Origin: a virus
Taxonomy: Duplodnaviria > Caudoviricetes
DNA: 64,000 bases
IMG/VR virus record: IMGVR_UViG_3300044611_001018
Direction: 5' to 3' (one strand)
The position numbers were made by a program, and so were the translations under genes. Positions 38,956-48,674 of this stretch are shown here, one piece after another (the stretch's first letter is position 1; each line of letters starts with the position of its first letter). The notes under the pieces are model-generated. The model saw only the letters and a list, made by a program, of their open reading frames with translations, was not told the DNA's origin and did no database searches.

Positions 38956-39242
38956 AAGTTCTCTTCCTGCTCAGTCAGAATAACACAGTCACTAGTAGGA
39001 TAGGCAACACAGGTAAGCACCCAACCATCTGCTAGTTGTTCATCATCAAGGAACGATTGCTCCTCATTATCCACAGTGCCGCTGATTAGTTTACCAGCGC
39101 AAGCAGAGCAAGCACCAGCACGGCAAGATGAAGGAAGATCAACTCCTGCCTCTTCAGCAGCTTCTAGAATGTATTGGTCTTCGGCACACTGGATAGTGGT
39201 TTCGCCATCAGGGGTTTGAAGTGTAACGCTATAAACGGTCAT
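38952..39242 (-). CDS. petF: Plant-type [2Fe-2S] ferredoxin
   Basis: [13 protein letters not shown]...[10 protein letters not shown]. Confidence 0.97.
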   Translation of the reverse strand: MTVYSVTLQTPDGETTIQCAEDQYILEAAEEAGVDLPSSCRAGACSACAGKLISGTVDNEEQSFLDDEQLADGWVLTCVAYPTSDCVILTEQEENL

Positions 39243-39328
39243 CAGTAAGTCTCACAAAGTTTTTCTACGGATGCTGCCAGAAGAACGAAAAAGGCAACAC
39301 TAGTAATTGTAAAGATAGTTGAAGTCAT
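39242..39328 (-). CDS. Small membrane peptide (28 aa)
   Basis: [28 protein letters not shown]; TGATG overlap with petF. Confidence 0.6.
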   Translation of the reverse strand: MTSTIFTITSVAFFVLLAASVEKLCETY

Positions 39329-39341
39329 TGTCAATCAATTG

Positions 39342-39536
39342 TCAGAAGATGCCGAAGAAGAGTTTGCCAGTGCCAACATAAGAAATGAGACCAGCAATAA
39401 TACCGACCATTGCCCAGCGCCCATTGTACTTCTCCTTTACTTGGTTGGGAGTATCCATCCCATAGTTTTCGTAGTACATAGTGGGTTCTTTTGCCCACAT
39501 GTTTTGCTGACCACGATCATTAGTTGTTACAGTCAT
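39342..39536 (-). CDS. hli: High-light inducible protein (64 aa)
   Basis: NMWAKEP, EKYNGRWAMVG, TGKLFFGIF. Confidence 0.93.
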   Translation of the reverse strand: MTVTTNDRGQQNMWAKEPTMYYENYGMDTPNQVKEKYNGRWAMVGIIAGLISYVGTGKLFFGIF

Positions 39537-39545
39537 TGTACATTC

Positions 39546-39600
39546 GTTAAGAATTGTTACACAATTATATAGCAAAAATAAAGGGGTGTCAAGCACCCCC
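39546..39600 (-). promoter_or_regulatory. Consensus sigma70 hli promoter overlapping the porin terminator, with direct repeat
   Basis: TTGACA(39592-39587)-17-TATAAT(39569-39564); GGGGTG hairpin; plus-strand GTTAAGAA-TT-GTTACACA at 39546-39563. Confidence 0.8.
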
Positions 39601-39631
39601 TGTATCATATGATACTTATTTTGTCAGATGA

Positions 39632-41110
39632 TCAGAACCTGAAGGTCGTTTGAATCACACCACCATAGTTAGAAGATGCGTTCTTAAATGCCTGATTGTT
39701 AGAGACATAGAAGATTGCAGGAGTTACGCTAATATTATCGCTAACTTTGTAACGATAAAACGCTTCCCACATCAGAGCGTCTTTGGTCAGAGTAGTCGCG
39801 TTGCCAGGTTGACCGATGGCAAAACCAGAGGCATTGCCCTTAGCAAACACATCGCTCCACTGAACGCCTGCCATCCAAGTCTGAGAGTTGGTTGCAGCAT
39901 TAGGAGTTGCAGGACCACTCACATAGTTCCAACCATAAGCGGCAGAGACCGAAGGAATGATGCCAGACTTCTTGGGTTGCCAGTAAGCATTCAGAGCATA
40001 ACCATTAGAGGTTTGATTAGCGGCAAGAGTACCACCATTACCAGCAACACCGTTAAAGGTACGAATACGAGTGCCTTCAGTACCATTACGATAACCGAAT
40101 GCAATACCATACTGGGGAGCACGATAACCAATCTGTGCCAGAGTGTTCAGAGCACCAGAGGCATCAAATTCACCTTTGGTAGAATCAGAACCGTTCTGAG
40201 CAACATAGTTCAGGTTAGCAACAAAACCTTTCTTACCAGGTTGTGCCCACTGAGCACCGAAACCAGAACCCGTTGCCTTGTTGTAGACACCAGGAGCACC
40301 AGCAACAGCAAAGAAGTCAAGAACATCCGACTTATATGCAGTGGGAATCCATGCCATCTCAGTGTTACGAACCAGAGCACCAGCAGTCAGGGTCACACCC
40401 TTAGCAAGTGCGGGGAAGCTGTAGTACAGACGGTCAAGATTGACTTGGTTCGCATAAGATTCTGCCTTGTCCAGTTTGAACAGAGAAGAGGAAGAACCGA
40501 AGGGTTGACTGGAGAAGTTACCAGAACGCAGACGAGTACGAAGCAGGTCCTTACCAGTGAACGAAGTGTCAAAGTTCAGACGAAGATCGTAGTTGAATGC
40601 AGTATTACCAACATTAGTATTATTAGCAAGACGAGCACCTTCTACACCACCAAGAACAAAAGTTGCTTCACCTTTCAGTTTGGTAGTTGTGGAGAACTGA
40701 GTTGCTTGGAGTTGACCAACTTGGGTTTCCAGTTTGGCAACACGACCACGAATAACAAGAAGTTCGTCAGCAAACTCTTTTGAGAGGCGAGAAAGTTCAT
40801 CAGTAACTTCAGTCACACGGTCAAGGCAAGCATTCAGAAGTGCTGCTGCCTCAAAACGGGTCATTGACTTACCACCAAGATAAGTTCCGTTTTCATAACC
40901 AGCAACGCAACCATAACGCTCAACGAGATTATTGAGTGCCTGATATGCCCAATCAGTGGGTTTTACATCAGACAGTTGAGTAATGCTTGTGACTTGTTCC
41001 GAAGTGGAATATTGGTTGACTGCTGCCATATTAAGGTCTGCGGCATTCGCAGCAACAGGAGCAACCATTCCCATAGCAACAGGTGCAAGCATCAGTTGTT
41101 TGAGTTTCAT
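39632..41110 (-). CDS. Cyanobacterial SLH-domain outer-membrane porin (Som/OprB-like)
   Basis: Signal peptide, SDVKPTDWAYQAL..LVERYGC SLH, coiled coil, FSTTTKLKG, terminal TTFRF. Confidence 0.93.
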   Translation of the reverse strand: MKLKQLMLAPVAMGMVAPVAANAADLNMAAVNQYSTSEQVTSITQLSDVKPTDWAYQALNNLVERYGCVAGYENGTYLGGKSMTRFEAAALLNACLDRVTEVTDELSRLSKEFADELLVIRGRVAKLETQVGQLQATQFSTTTKLKGEATFVLGGVEGARLANNTNVGNTAFNYDLRLNFDTSFTGKDLLRTRLRSGNFSSQPFGSSSSLFKLDKAESYANQVNLDRLYYSFPALAKGVTLTAGALVRNTEMAWIPTAYKSDVLDFFAVAGAPGVYNKATGSGFGAQWAQPGKKGFVANLNYVAQNGSDSTKGEFDASGALNTLAQIGYRAPQYGIAFGYRNGTEGTRIRTFNGVAGNGGTLAANQTSNGYALNAYWQPKKSGIIPSVSAAYGWNYVSGPATPNAATNSQTWMAGVQWSDVFAKGNASGFAIGQPGNATTLTKDALMWEAFYRYKVSDNISVTPAIFYVSNNQAFKNASSNYGGVIQTTFRF

Positions 41111-41164
41111 AAATTTGTTTTGATATTTTAGAACTAAAAAACGCCCTGTTTCCAGGACGCAAGC

Positions 41165-41209
41165 ATCATATAACACTTTCTTAAGATTGTCAATTAAATT
41201 TAGGTTAAG
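41165..41209 (-). promoter_or_regulatory. Porin promoter with candidate Pho box
   Basis: TTGACA-17-TATGAT; CTTAACCT-AAA-TTTAATTG overlapping the -35. Confidence 0.5.
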
Positions 41210-42023
41210 ACTTTAATCCGCTAGGGTCGCTTACCTTACCAAGGTAAGGATCATAATCAGTCAAATCTTTCACATCCATAGACGCACCCATTTGCTGCCA
41301 CCAGGTCATAATTCCATCATGACTTTGACGATGAAATACATCAACATGCTCTGGATGAATGGATGACCCTAATTGTAGTCGATAAAGAAGTAGAGGAATG
41401 GAATAGGTGTTACCAGAATTGTAAATGAGGTCATCAGCAACTGGTCTTGGTTTTACCCCATTATCCAGACGGTACTTATCAACACCTTTGACGTGGTGAT
41501 AAATCAGTTTTGATGCATGATGTCTAGTAATCATATAACAAGCCGTGGAGAAATCATTTACAAATCTCCTATGCAACTTAACATGAATGTCTCCTGTTTG
41601 AATAATTGCTAGTTGCACTACATCCCAATCATAGGGAAGCATAGATGCAAAATCATTCCAAGAAAAATTCCAGTATTGTACTACATCAAGATTACAATCA
41701 TCTTCCATGATAATTGCATAAGGACTGGTTGAATTATCATACCAATGTTTAATTGCTTTTAAATGTGATGTAATACACCCAACCTCTCCCGAAGACATTG
41801 ATTCTGGATATCTACCTTTAATAATATCACTTAAATCATCATCTCTACCATCATATGCAGAAATTCTGGTATAATCTTCTATTTCCCAATATTTAAATTG
41901 GTCCTCTATATGTTGACGACGATCAGTATCTTCGTCCATATTCAAGTAATAAATGGGTCCAAACCCATTTAACTTATATGCAGATTTATTTTTATCTAAT
42001 AAAGTACTATGCATGACGTTCAA
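41205..42023 (-). CDS. Glycosyltransferase family 25
   Basis: YYLNMD...DRR, RISAYDG, GEVGCITSHL, IMEDD. Confidence 0.85.
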   Translation of the reverse strand: MNVMHSTLLDKNKSAYKLNGFGPIYYLNMDEDTDRRQHIEDQFKYWEIEDYTRISAYDGRDDDLSDIIKGRYPESMSSGEVGCITSHLKAIKHWYDNSTSPYAIIMEDDCNLDVVQYWNFSWNDFASMLPYDWDVVQLAIIQTGDIHVKLHRRFVNDFSTACYMITRHHASKLIYHHVKGVDKYRLDNGVKPRPVADDLIYNSGNTYSIPLLLYRLQLGSSIHPEHVDVFHRQSHDGIMTWWQQMGASMDVKDLTDYDPYLGKVSDPSGLKS

Positions 42024-42957
42024 TTACTTTTTCTACACTAGGGATGTAATACTTTTTAAGAACTTCTTTCCAGTCAAACTGTTTTGAATATTCTACAATC
42101 TCATTTCTATGAGCAATAGAATATTCTCTGTTTTTAATTATAGCATTCTCAACATAATCAATATCGGTAATCTTTTCTTCTGGAATTACTGTAATAAATT
42201 CTTTATCAGTATCAAGATTTGCTTTACCCCATTCACAAACAACTACTCCAAGTCCAGCAGCAAGTGCTTCCATACAAACAAGAGGATGTGCCTCTCCATC
42301 TGAAAGAAGAACAAGATTACCATAATCAGTCAATTGATTATAAAGAGTCTCTTTTGACCACTCTCCCAAATAGTTTTTACTAGTATTAAATCTGCTATCA
42401 GCGAGATTACCAGCAAACCAAAGACTATCAATTGATTGGAATAAATGTTGTCTTTTTCTATAATCAATCTTTGCAAGATATAAACTTCTATCGGGATATT
42501 CTGGAGTATCTTTAAATGTAAACTTATCAGTATTGACCCCATTAGGTGTTATGTAAGTATTCTCTTTTGGAATATCAAACATAACATTATATACTTTCTC
42601 AATTCCTGGTGAGAGACAAAATACATTTGGTTTAATCCTCATGAATTCATTGGCAACATTAATGTAACCATTGAACATTTCTTTACGTTCTAGATATCCA
42701 AAATGACTTGTAATTGCATTTGGATATTGAATGTAAGGAACAATAGGAATAAATTCATCATAATGCACATGAACAAAGTCTGGTACAAATGCATTAATCC
42801 CATTGATAATTTGACGATTATCTTTGGTATTAATAATTTGTACTTCATGACCCAGTTCTTCTAGGGCACATTTAGTATCCCAAACAAGAATCTCAACCGC
42901 ACCCCAACCAGTTGGAGGGATCGGCATAATTCCAGGACCTATGAGAGTGATTTTCAT
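42007..42957 (-). CDS. GT-B glycosyltransferase (GT4-like)
   Basis: PIPPTGWGAVE, TPNGV, LSDGEAHPLVCMEALAAG. Confidence 0.85.
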   Translation of the reverse strand: MKITLIGPGIMPIPPTGWGAVEILVWDTKCALEELGHEVQIINTKDNRQIINGINAFVPDFVHVHYDEFIPIVPYIQYPNAITSHFGYLERKEMFNGYINVANEFMRIKPNVFCLSPGIEKVYNVMFDIPKENTYITPNGVNTDKFTFKDTPEYPDRSLYLAKIDYRKRQHLFQSIDSLWFAGNLADSRFNTSKNYLGEWSKETLYNQLTDYGNLVLLSDGEAHPLVCMEALAAGLGVVVCEWGKANLDTDKEFITVIPEEKITDIDYVENAIIKNREYSIAHRNEIVEYSKQFDWKEVLKKYYIPSVEKVIERHA

Positions 42958-43412
42958 TTTAATTTTTCGGGGTAATCTGTACAAATACCATAACAATTAG
43001 TAACTCTTAGGGTATCCCAAATCATATTATTCCATTCTGGCATAACAATAACAGTATTAGATGTATATGATTTACCAGGATACGCCCAGATATATTTTTT
43101 ACTGGTGAGAGTATAATCATCCTCTTGATGCCAAAAATAATTGTATCCAGAGGTATTAACTGACATTTCATGAAGAGTATCTAAGTCTTTACAATGAATC
43201 CAAAGACTATCAATTCTTGTTGCTAACCACCACCGAGTTACCAGATATTGAGGTTCATCATGACCTAACCATAAAGTATTAGTTGCTTTATGGTATCTTA
43301 GATCTATTTCAACATCATAACCCTGTTCTATACATTTGTCAATTTGTTCTGGACTATTTTCAATTGATGGATTTGGTCCATCAATATTAGCACGATGGGC
43401 AATTAGTTTCAT
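42954..43412 (-). CDS. Glycerophosphodiester phosphodiesterase-like protein
   Basis: IAHRAN, ENS, DVEIDL, LGHD, GICTDYP. Confidence 0.8.
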   Translation of the reverse strand: MKLIAHRANIDGPNPSIENSPEQIDKCIEQGYDVEIDLRYHKATNTLWLGHDEPQYLVTRWWLATRIDSLWIHCKDLDTLHEMSVNTSGYNYFWHQEDDYTLTSKKYIWAYPGKSYTSNTVIVMPEWNNMIWDTLRVTNCYGICTDYPEKLK

Positions 43413-43413
43413 A

Positions 43414-44160
43414 TCAACCTCTAATACAAGCAGCATCCATAGGACAAGGAGCAAGATCAGAGTGCTCAAACCATTTTAAAAATGATCCCATTTTAAATGC
43501 TTCTGGAGATGGTTCCCAAATGTCTTCATAAACATCTTCAATATCATCAAATGCATTGAGTGCCCAAGTAAGATACTTAGGTCCAAAAAATTGAATTGTA
43601 TCTGGAAATCTAGGATGATGTCCTGGTAGATAGAATTTGTATTTGTCGCAGGTATTAAGATCTGGGAAGTTAAGAAGAACAGTATCATATCTTGCAAGGA
43701 CAATAAAATCATAGCTGGTATTTGTTTCCTCAGCGTATGATTTGACAATATTTGCAACAGATTTAATGGAATACATTTGGGACATTACATTACTGTAATT
43801 TTTAGGATTCCAGTGATTACCACTCTCCCCATACAACTCTCTTGCTGGGTGTTTATTAGTAAACTTTTCATCAATGAATTCTTTTGCTTTTGAGGGTAAC
43901 TCAAAAGTTTTTGGACTTTCAATACCCAAAATCAATGGTTGATAATTATCAGCAATAATTTTAGGTGCATCTTTAGAAACAGGACACTTGTTTATTTTGG
44001 ACCATGAGGAATAGTCATACTCTTCAGCATCTTCCTCCCACCACATATGCCCAAATACATCAGTATCATATCGGTCAAGAATTACTTCTTTGTAAGTATC
44101 AATAATTTGTTGGTTGTCAACAAATCTAGGTTGCCCAAAAAATGCAAGTGCTACTTTCAT
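43414..44160 (-). CDS. Putative glycosyltransferase-like protein
   Basis: KVALAFFGQPR, SQMYS, YDFIVLARYD. Confidence 0.6.
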   Translation of the reverse strand: MKVALAFFGQPRFVDNQQIIDTYKEVILDRYDTDVFGHMWWEEDAEEYDYSSWSKINKCPVSKDAPKIIADNYQPLILGIESPKTFELPSKAKEFIDEKFTNKHPARELYGESGNHWNPKNYSNVMSQMYSIKSVANIVKSYAEETNTSYDFIVLARYDTVLLNFPDLNTCDKYKFYLPGHHPRFPDTIQFFGPKYLTWALNAFDDIEDVYEDIWEPSPEAFKMGSFLKWFEHSDLAPCPMDAACIRG

Positions 44161-45533
44161 CAGACTTCTCCTTTATAATGTTCAAGGAAGTAGTTCAGGT
44201 CTTCTGGAGTACCAATACCCCACATACCAGACTTATCGATTTCTTTGATGCGGATTTTTTTACCATCACCAATCGCTTCATTAAATACTGGACAAACATA
44301 ATATTCATTATTAACACGAATATCTTTGGCAATCATTTGTTCTGCATACTTCACATAGTCAGAACCTTTCTTCCAATAGTAGATACCAACAGTGGCATGT
44401 TCAGAAATTGGTTTCTTCTCAGCAACCTCCTCAACATAACCCTCTTCACCAAGTTTAGCATAAGACCACTTAGGATGAGTCGCTGGGAATGTAACAATTC
44501 CACCATCAACTTCACCGTTCTGGAATGCATAAAGGGTTTCGTTGCTATCCCATTCCACAAACTGGTCCGAATTTGCCATTACAAGAGGTTCATCATTATT
44601 GATAAACTCCTTTGCAAGAAGAGTGGTGCAGCAAGCACCTTCAGTTAGACCATCAACTTGAACAATATTGCATCCAGGAGCAATCAAAGGAAGTAGATAG
44701 TTCAGATTATACTTTTCATAATGTTCCTTTTGAACAATAAAAGTATAATTTGCTTTGATGTTCAGGTTCTCAACAACCACTTGGATCATTGGTTTACCTT
44801 TAACTTCAATCAAAGGTTTAGGGAAGGTGTAACCCTGACTAGCAAACCTGCTACCAGCACCTGCCATAGGAATAAGAACATTCATTGTTTTACTCTCCCA
44901 TGCAACTTTTTGTTTTGTACCATTCAGAATTTTTTTAATTCTATCAATCTTTACCTGATTGAGATCTTTACGATCTTCTACAGGAACTAAATGTGCCTTA
45001 CTGTCAAGAGCACCTTGACGACCAATATGACTATCTTCGACAATCACGGTATCTGCAGGAAGTGCTCCAAGAGCAGTCATACACTTCCAATACATTGCTG
45101 GGAATGGTTTGTTGCGAACAACGTCTTCATTAGAGACGTACATATCCACAAATTCCAGAAGTCCAAGACGCAATAGAATAATCTTCACAGTATTCCTAAT
45201 ACTATTAGATGCAACAGCAATCTTATATCCTGCATCTACAAGTTGTTGGAAGTACCCCATCAACTCATAATCCTTTGCAACGCAGTCGTTAAAAATCTTA
45301 AGTGTTGCTTCTTGCTTATCTCTCCAAATTGTATCATAAAGATCTACAGGAAGACCTTTATTCTTGGTTAAAAGTTCTAGTTTTGCTTTGGTAGGAAGAC
45401 CATCATAAATGCTAACATGCTCTTCTCTGCTGATAGCATACTCATCTCCAAGTGCTTGGTTTAATGCTTCATAATGATAATCTTTACTGTCGATTAAGAC
45501 TCCATCCAAATCAAAGATAACAAGTTTGGTCAT
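44160..45533 (-). CDS. HAD phosphatase fused to a sugar nucleotidyltransferase-like domain
   Basis: FDLDGVL, KP.P, VEDS, then IPMAGAGSRF...PKPLI. Confidence 0.88.
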   Translation of the reverse strand: MTKLVIFDLDGVLIDSKDYHYEALNQALGDEYAISREEHVSIYDGLPTKAKLELLTKNKGLPVDLYDTIWRDKQEATLKIFNDCVAKDYELMGYFQQLVDAGYKIAVASNSIRNTVKIILLRLGLLEFVDMYVSNEDVVRNKPFPAMYWKCMTALGALPADTVIVEDSHIGRQGALDSKAHLVPVEDRKDLNQVKIDRIKKILNGTKQKVAWESKTMNVLIPMAGAGSRFASQGYTFPKPLIEVKGKPMIQVVVENLNIKANYTFIVQKEHYEKYNLNYLLPLIAPGCNIVQVDGLTEGACCTTLLAKEFINNDEPLVMANSDQFVEWDSNETLYAFQNGEVDGGIVTFPATHPKWSYAKLGEEGYVEEVAEKKPISEHATVGIYYWKKGSDYVKYAEQMIAKDIRVNNEYYVCPVFNEAIGDGKKIRIKEIDKSGMWGIGTPEDLNYFLEHYKGEV

Positions 45534-46237
45534 TATTTTTTATCTCTCCAAAGTACATAGTGCCAGGGGTTTTTAGTGATGGGAAGATTATGCCTCTTTT
45601 GTGCATTAAATCCAATCAAACATTCAGGGTTGATTTCTGCACCCATCTCACATATTTCAACAAAGTTGTCATATACGTCAAAATATTTATCCATTAACTC
45701 GGAAGACCCAAACGCAAAATGGTCGTTAATACCATGTTCCACATGTGCCCATTCGTTAAGAACATTCACAGTATTCAAATCATAGTTTGAAATGGGACCA
45801 ATAGGAGTATAGAAGTATTCGTCAGTTCTCAAACGGACAACACAATCATACTTGAAATCATTTTCTTCCTCATATTTTTTCTTAAGATTATTTGCTTCAC
45901 TCAGACTATAAAACATTGAGATAATATTATTGACTGGGTGAGGAAATCTAGGGTCTGGATGAATATCTTCTGCTTCAAATTCCTTTGGTTCTTCAAAGAC
46001 AAGACCTTTAGGTTGCCATTTATCAACCATAAAGTCTTTTAGGTCTGATTCCCAACGACCACGGTCCTTGTATTGATCCCAAAAATAAGTTCCAACCCAT
46101 GCCTCATCATACCAAATATGAGCAAATACATCAATCTCACAATCTGGGTTTGCTTCCCAAAAAGTTTGACGATGATTTTCATAACACTCCTTCAAATGCC
46201 TCGGTTGACCCGAGTAAATCATAGCAATTTTAGACAT
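45533..46237 (-). CDS. Putative glycosyltransferase-like protein, paralog of 43414-44160
   Basis: KIAMIYSGQPR, SMFYS, YDCVVRLRTD, NDHFAFG. Confidence 0.6.
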   Translation of the reverse strand: MSKIAMIYSGQPRHLKECYENHRQTFWEANPDCEIDVFAHIWYDEAWVGTYFWDQYKDRGRWESDLKDFMVDKWQPKGLVFEEPKEFEAEDIHPDPRFPHPVNNIISMFYSLSEANNLKKKYEEENDFKYDCVVRLRTDEYFYTPIGPISNYDLNTVNVLNEWAHVEHGINDHFAFGSSELMDKYFDVYDNFVEICEMGAEINPECLIGFNAQKRHNLPITKNPWHYVLWRDKK

Positions 46238-46949
46238 GATATTTACTATTATCTTTTGCTAGGTGTACAATTTTTGGTTCAAAGGTACATGCTTTGGCAA
46301 ATACCTCTGGATAAGCAAGACTTGGAGATGCTACAAATACGTCTTCACGATTTTGAATATAAAATTTGTTTAGATGACTCTCATCATGCCAAGTTGCAAT
46401 AATATTATTTTTATAATCATCATCAATTCTCTGGTCAAGTTCTTTGATCATATCCATAACATATGGCAATTTACCTCCCCAAAGACATCCCTGAACATAA
46501 ACAGACAAGTCATCAGATTCTGTAACACAAGCTTTGGATAAAGGCGTTACGTCAAATGCACCAGGAAGTTCATCATGAGGTTGCATTTTTAAATAATGAC
46601 ATGGATGATGAACACCAATGTATTTCTTGGTATCATCAAGTAAATCCTCAATGTTGACAGTATCAACAACTCTCATATCTGCATCCAAGAAAATTAACCA
46701 ATCACAATCTTGAATATCATCAAAACATTTTTGAATCATTTTGAATCTATACAAAGTAATAAATGGCCATTCTAGATGTTCTTGATGATATACAATGGCA
46801 TTATCTGGAGATTCTGGAATCTCTCCATCCGTAAAAATTATATACTTTTTGTCTACATTTGGCAACAAAAACTTTTCACATCCTTCATACCACGCAGGCA
46901 AAAAGTTTAAATATTTTTCTGTTCCAATAAAAATAACAGCGACTTTCAT
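46230..46949 (-). CDS. Glycosyltransferase family 6 (ABO/alpha-1,3-type)
   Basis: IFIGTEKY, WPFITLYRF, FLDAD, WHDESHLNK. Confidence 0.88.
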   Translation of the reverse strand: MKVAVIFIGTEKYLNFLPAWYEGCEKFLLPNVDKKYIIFTDGEIPESPDNAIVYHQEHLEWPFITLYRFKMIQKCFDDIQDCDWLIFLDADMRVVDTVNIEDLLDDTKKYIGVHHPCHYLKMQPHDELPGAFDVTPLSKACVTESDDLSVYVQGCLWGGKLPYVMDMIKELDQRIDDDYKNNIIATWHDESHLNKFYIQNREDVFVASPSLAYPEVFAKACTFEPKIVHLAKDNSKYHV

Positions 46950-47752
46950 TAAATTACAATCCAATCAGGGCAATAAAGATCTTTTGTATCTAGGTGTTGA
47001 TTATCTGGACCAAACCAGTTTTTAGGTGCAATAACTTTTTGACTTTTTGCCAACCAAGCACCCCACCAAGAGAATGAGGAATTGGCAATGATGTGTGACT
47101 TACACATAGTCATAAGACACAAATCGATGTAACTAATATTTCCTTCTGCAACTAAAAATCTATCGTCCTCAAACAATTTTTGTTCCTTACACCATTTAGG
47201 ATCATCAGAGAATATAATTACAGTTCGATCATTATCAAAATGACTTAGTGCCTCTTCATAATAATCCAAACCAAGATTATTATGGTTATGTGCAAGTTGC
47301 AAATAATCTGTTCTGCGTATATGCAAAGATACTGGTTCTTCAACACTATTCATCATAGATCTTGAAGGTCGAAGATACTGGGGGTTGAATGTAAAATCTT
47401 CTCTGATCTGATCTTCAATATTTTTAAAGTATTTTTCGCTTTGAAAGTATCCTTCCAAATTAACCCATTTGGGACAGTTATTAAAAAGTTCTTCATCAAA
47501 AGCAAAGGTGCTTTCTTTTAATGTAGGTCTTGCTCCACAAATATGCTGAACATTTAAATTTTGCAAATTTTCAAGCACAAATGGATAAAGTAATTGATGG
47601 TCACTCCACTCATCATATCCAGATGGGTCATCAGATGGTGGTGGAATCATCCAGTTATATCCATTGTTTGCAGCAATTCCTCTCAAAGAGGCATACTGAA
47701 ACATTTGATTTCCAAGTCTTCCTAGTTTTCCTAGATTATTAAATCCGATCAT
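46949..47752 (-). CDS. Glycosyltransferase family 11 (alpha-1,2-fucosyltransferase)
   Basis: GRLGNQMFQYA, EGYFQSEKYF, HIRRTDY, ANSSFSWWGAWL. Confidence 0.92.
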   Translation of the reverse strand: MIGFNNLGKLGRLGNQMFQYASLRGIAANNGYNWMIPPPSDDPSGYDEWSDHQLLYPFVLENLQNLNVQHICGARPTLKESTFAFDEELFNNCPKWVNLEGYFQSEKYFKNIEDQIREDFTFNPQYLRPSRSMMNSVEEPVSLHIRRTDYLQLAHNHNNLGLDYYEEALSHFDNDRTVIIFSDDPKWCKEQKLFEDDRFLVAEGNISYIDLCLMTMCKSHIIANSSFSWWGAWLAKSQKVIAPKNWFGPDNQHLDTKDLYCPDWIVI

Positions 47753-48674
47753 AGTTCTCTTTAAACCATTCATACGTTTGATAAATTCCCTGACGGATTC
47801 CAACTTTAGGACTCCAACCAAGAGACTTAAGTTTGTCAACATTCATTACCTTTCTTGGAGTACCATTTGGTTTACTAATATCCCAAACAATTTCTCCACG
47901 ATAATCAATTACTTTAGCAATAATTTCTGTTAATTCTTTAATTGTAATATCAGATCCAGTACCAATATTGATAATTTCTGAATCATCATATTCATTCATA
48001 CAAATATAACATGCTTCTGCCATATCATCAATATAAAGAAATTCACGAAGAGGAGAACCATCTCCCCAACAAACAAATTGAGAATCTCCATTTAACTTTG
48101 CCTCATGCATTCTACGCATGATACCAGGAATTACATGACTAGATTCTGGATTAAAATTATCATTTACTCCATATAGATTAGTTGGTTGTAAAGAAATTGC
48201 ATCAAATCCATATTGTTGACGATATGATTGACACATTTTAATTCCAGCAATCTTAGCAATTGCATATGCATCATTAGTTGGTTCTAAAGGACCAGTCATC
48301 AACTGGTCTTCAGTAATTGGAATGTTTGGGTGCTTTGGATAAATGCAAGAGGACCCAAGAAATACCAACTTTTTAATACCATAATTATACGCCGCATTTA
48401 TGATATTTGATTGGATCATCAAATTATCATAGATGAATTCTGCTGGGCGAGTTTTGTTTGCCATAATGCCACCAACTTTAGCAGCAGCAAGGAATACATA
48501 TTCTGGTTCTTCTGAACAAAAATACCTTTCAGTATCATCCTGATTAGTAAAATCTATATCATCACGAGTCCCTTCAATAATGTTAGTATATCCTTTGCTT
48601 CTTAGATTTCTAACAATTGCTGACCCCACTAGACCACGAGCACCAGCAACTAAAATTTTAGAATCACTGTCCAT
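47739..48674 (-). CDS. fcl: GDP-L-fucose synthase
   Basis: [41 protein letters not shown]. Confidence 0.95.
   Translation of the reverse strand: MDSDSKILVAGARGLVGSAIVRNLRSKGYTNIIEGTRDDIDFTNQDDTERYFCSEEPEYVFLAAAKVGGIMANKTRPAEFIYDNLMIQSNIINAAYNYGIKKLVFLGSSCIYPKHPNIPITEDQLMTGPLEPTNDAYAIAKIAGIKMCQSYRQQYGFDAISLQPTNLYGVNDNFNPESSHVIPGIMRRMHEAKLNGDSQFVCWGDGSPLREFLYIDDMAEACYICMNEYDDSEIINIGTGSDITIKELTEIIAKVIDYRGEIVWDISKPNGTPRKVMNVDKLKSLGWSPKVGIRQGIYQTYEWFKENYDRI

Noticed and set aside
39650-40783. 377-aa plus-strand ORF
   Set aside because: Antisense shadow of the porin
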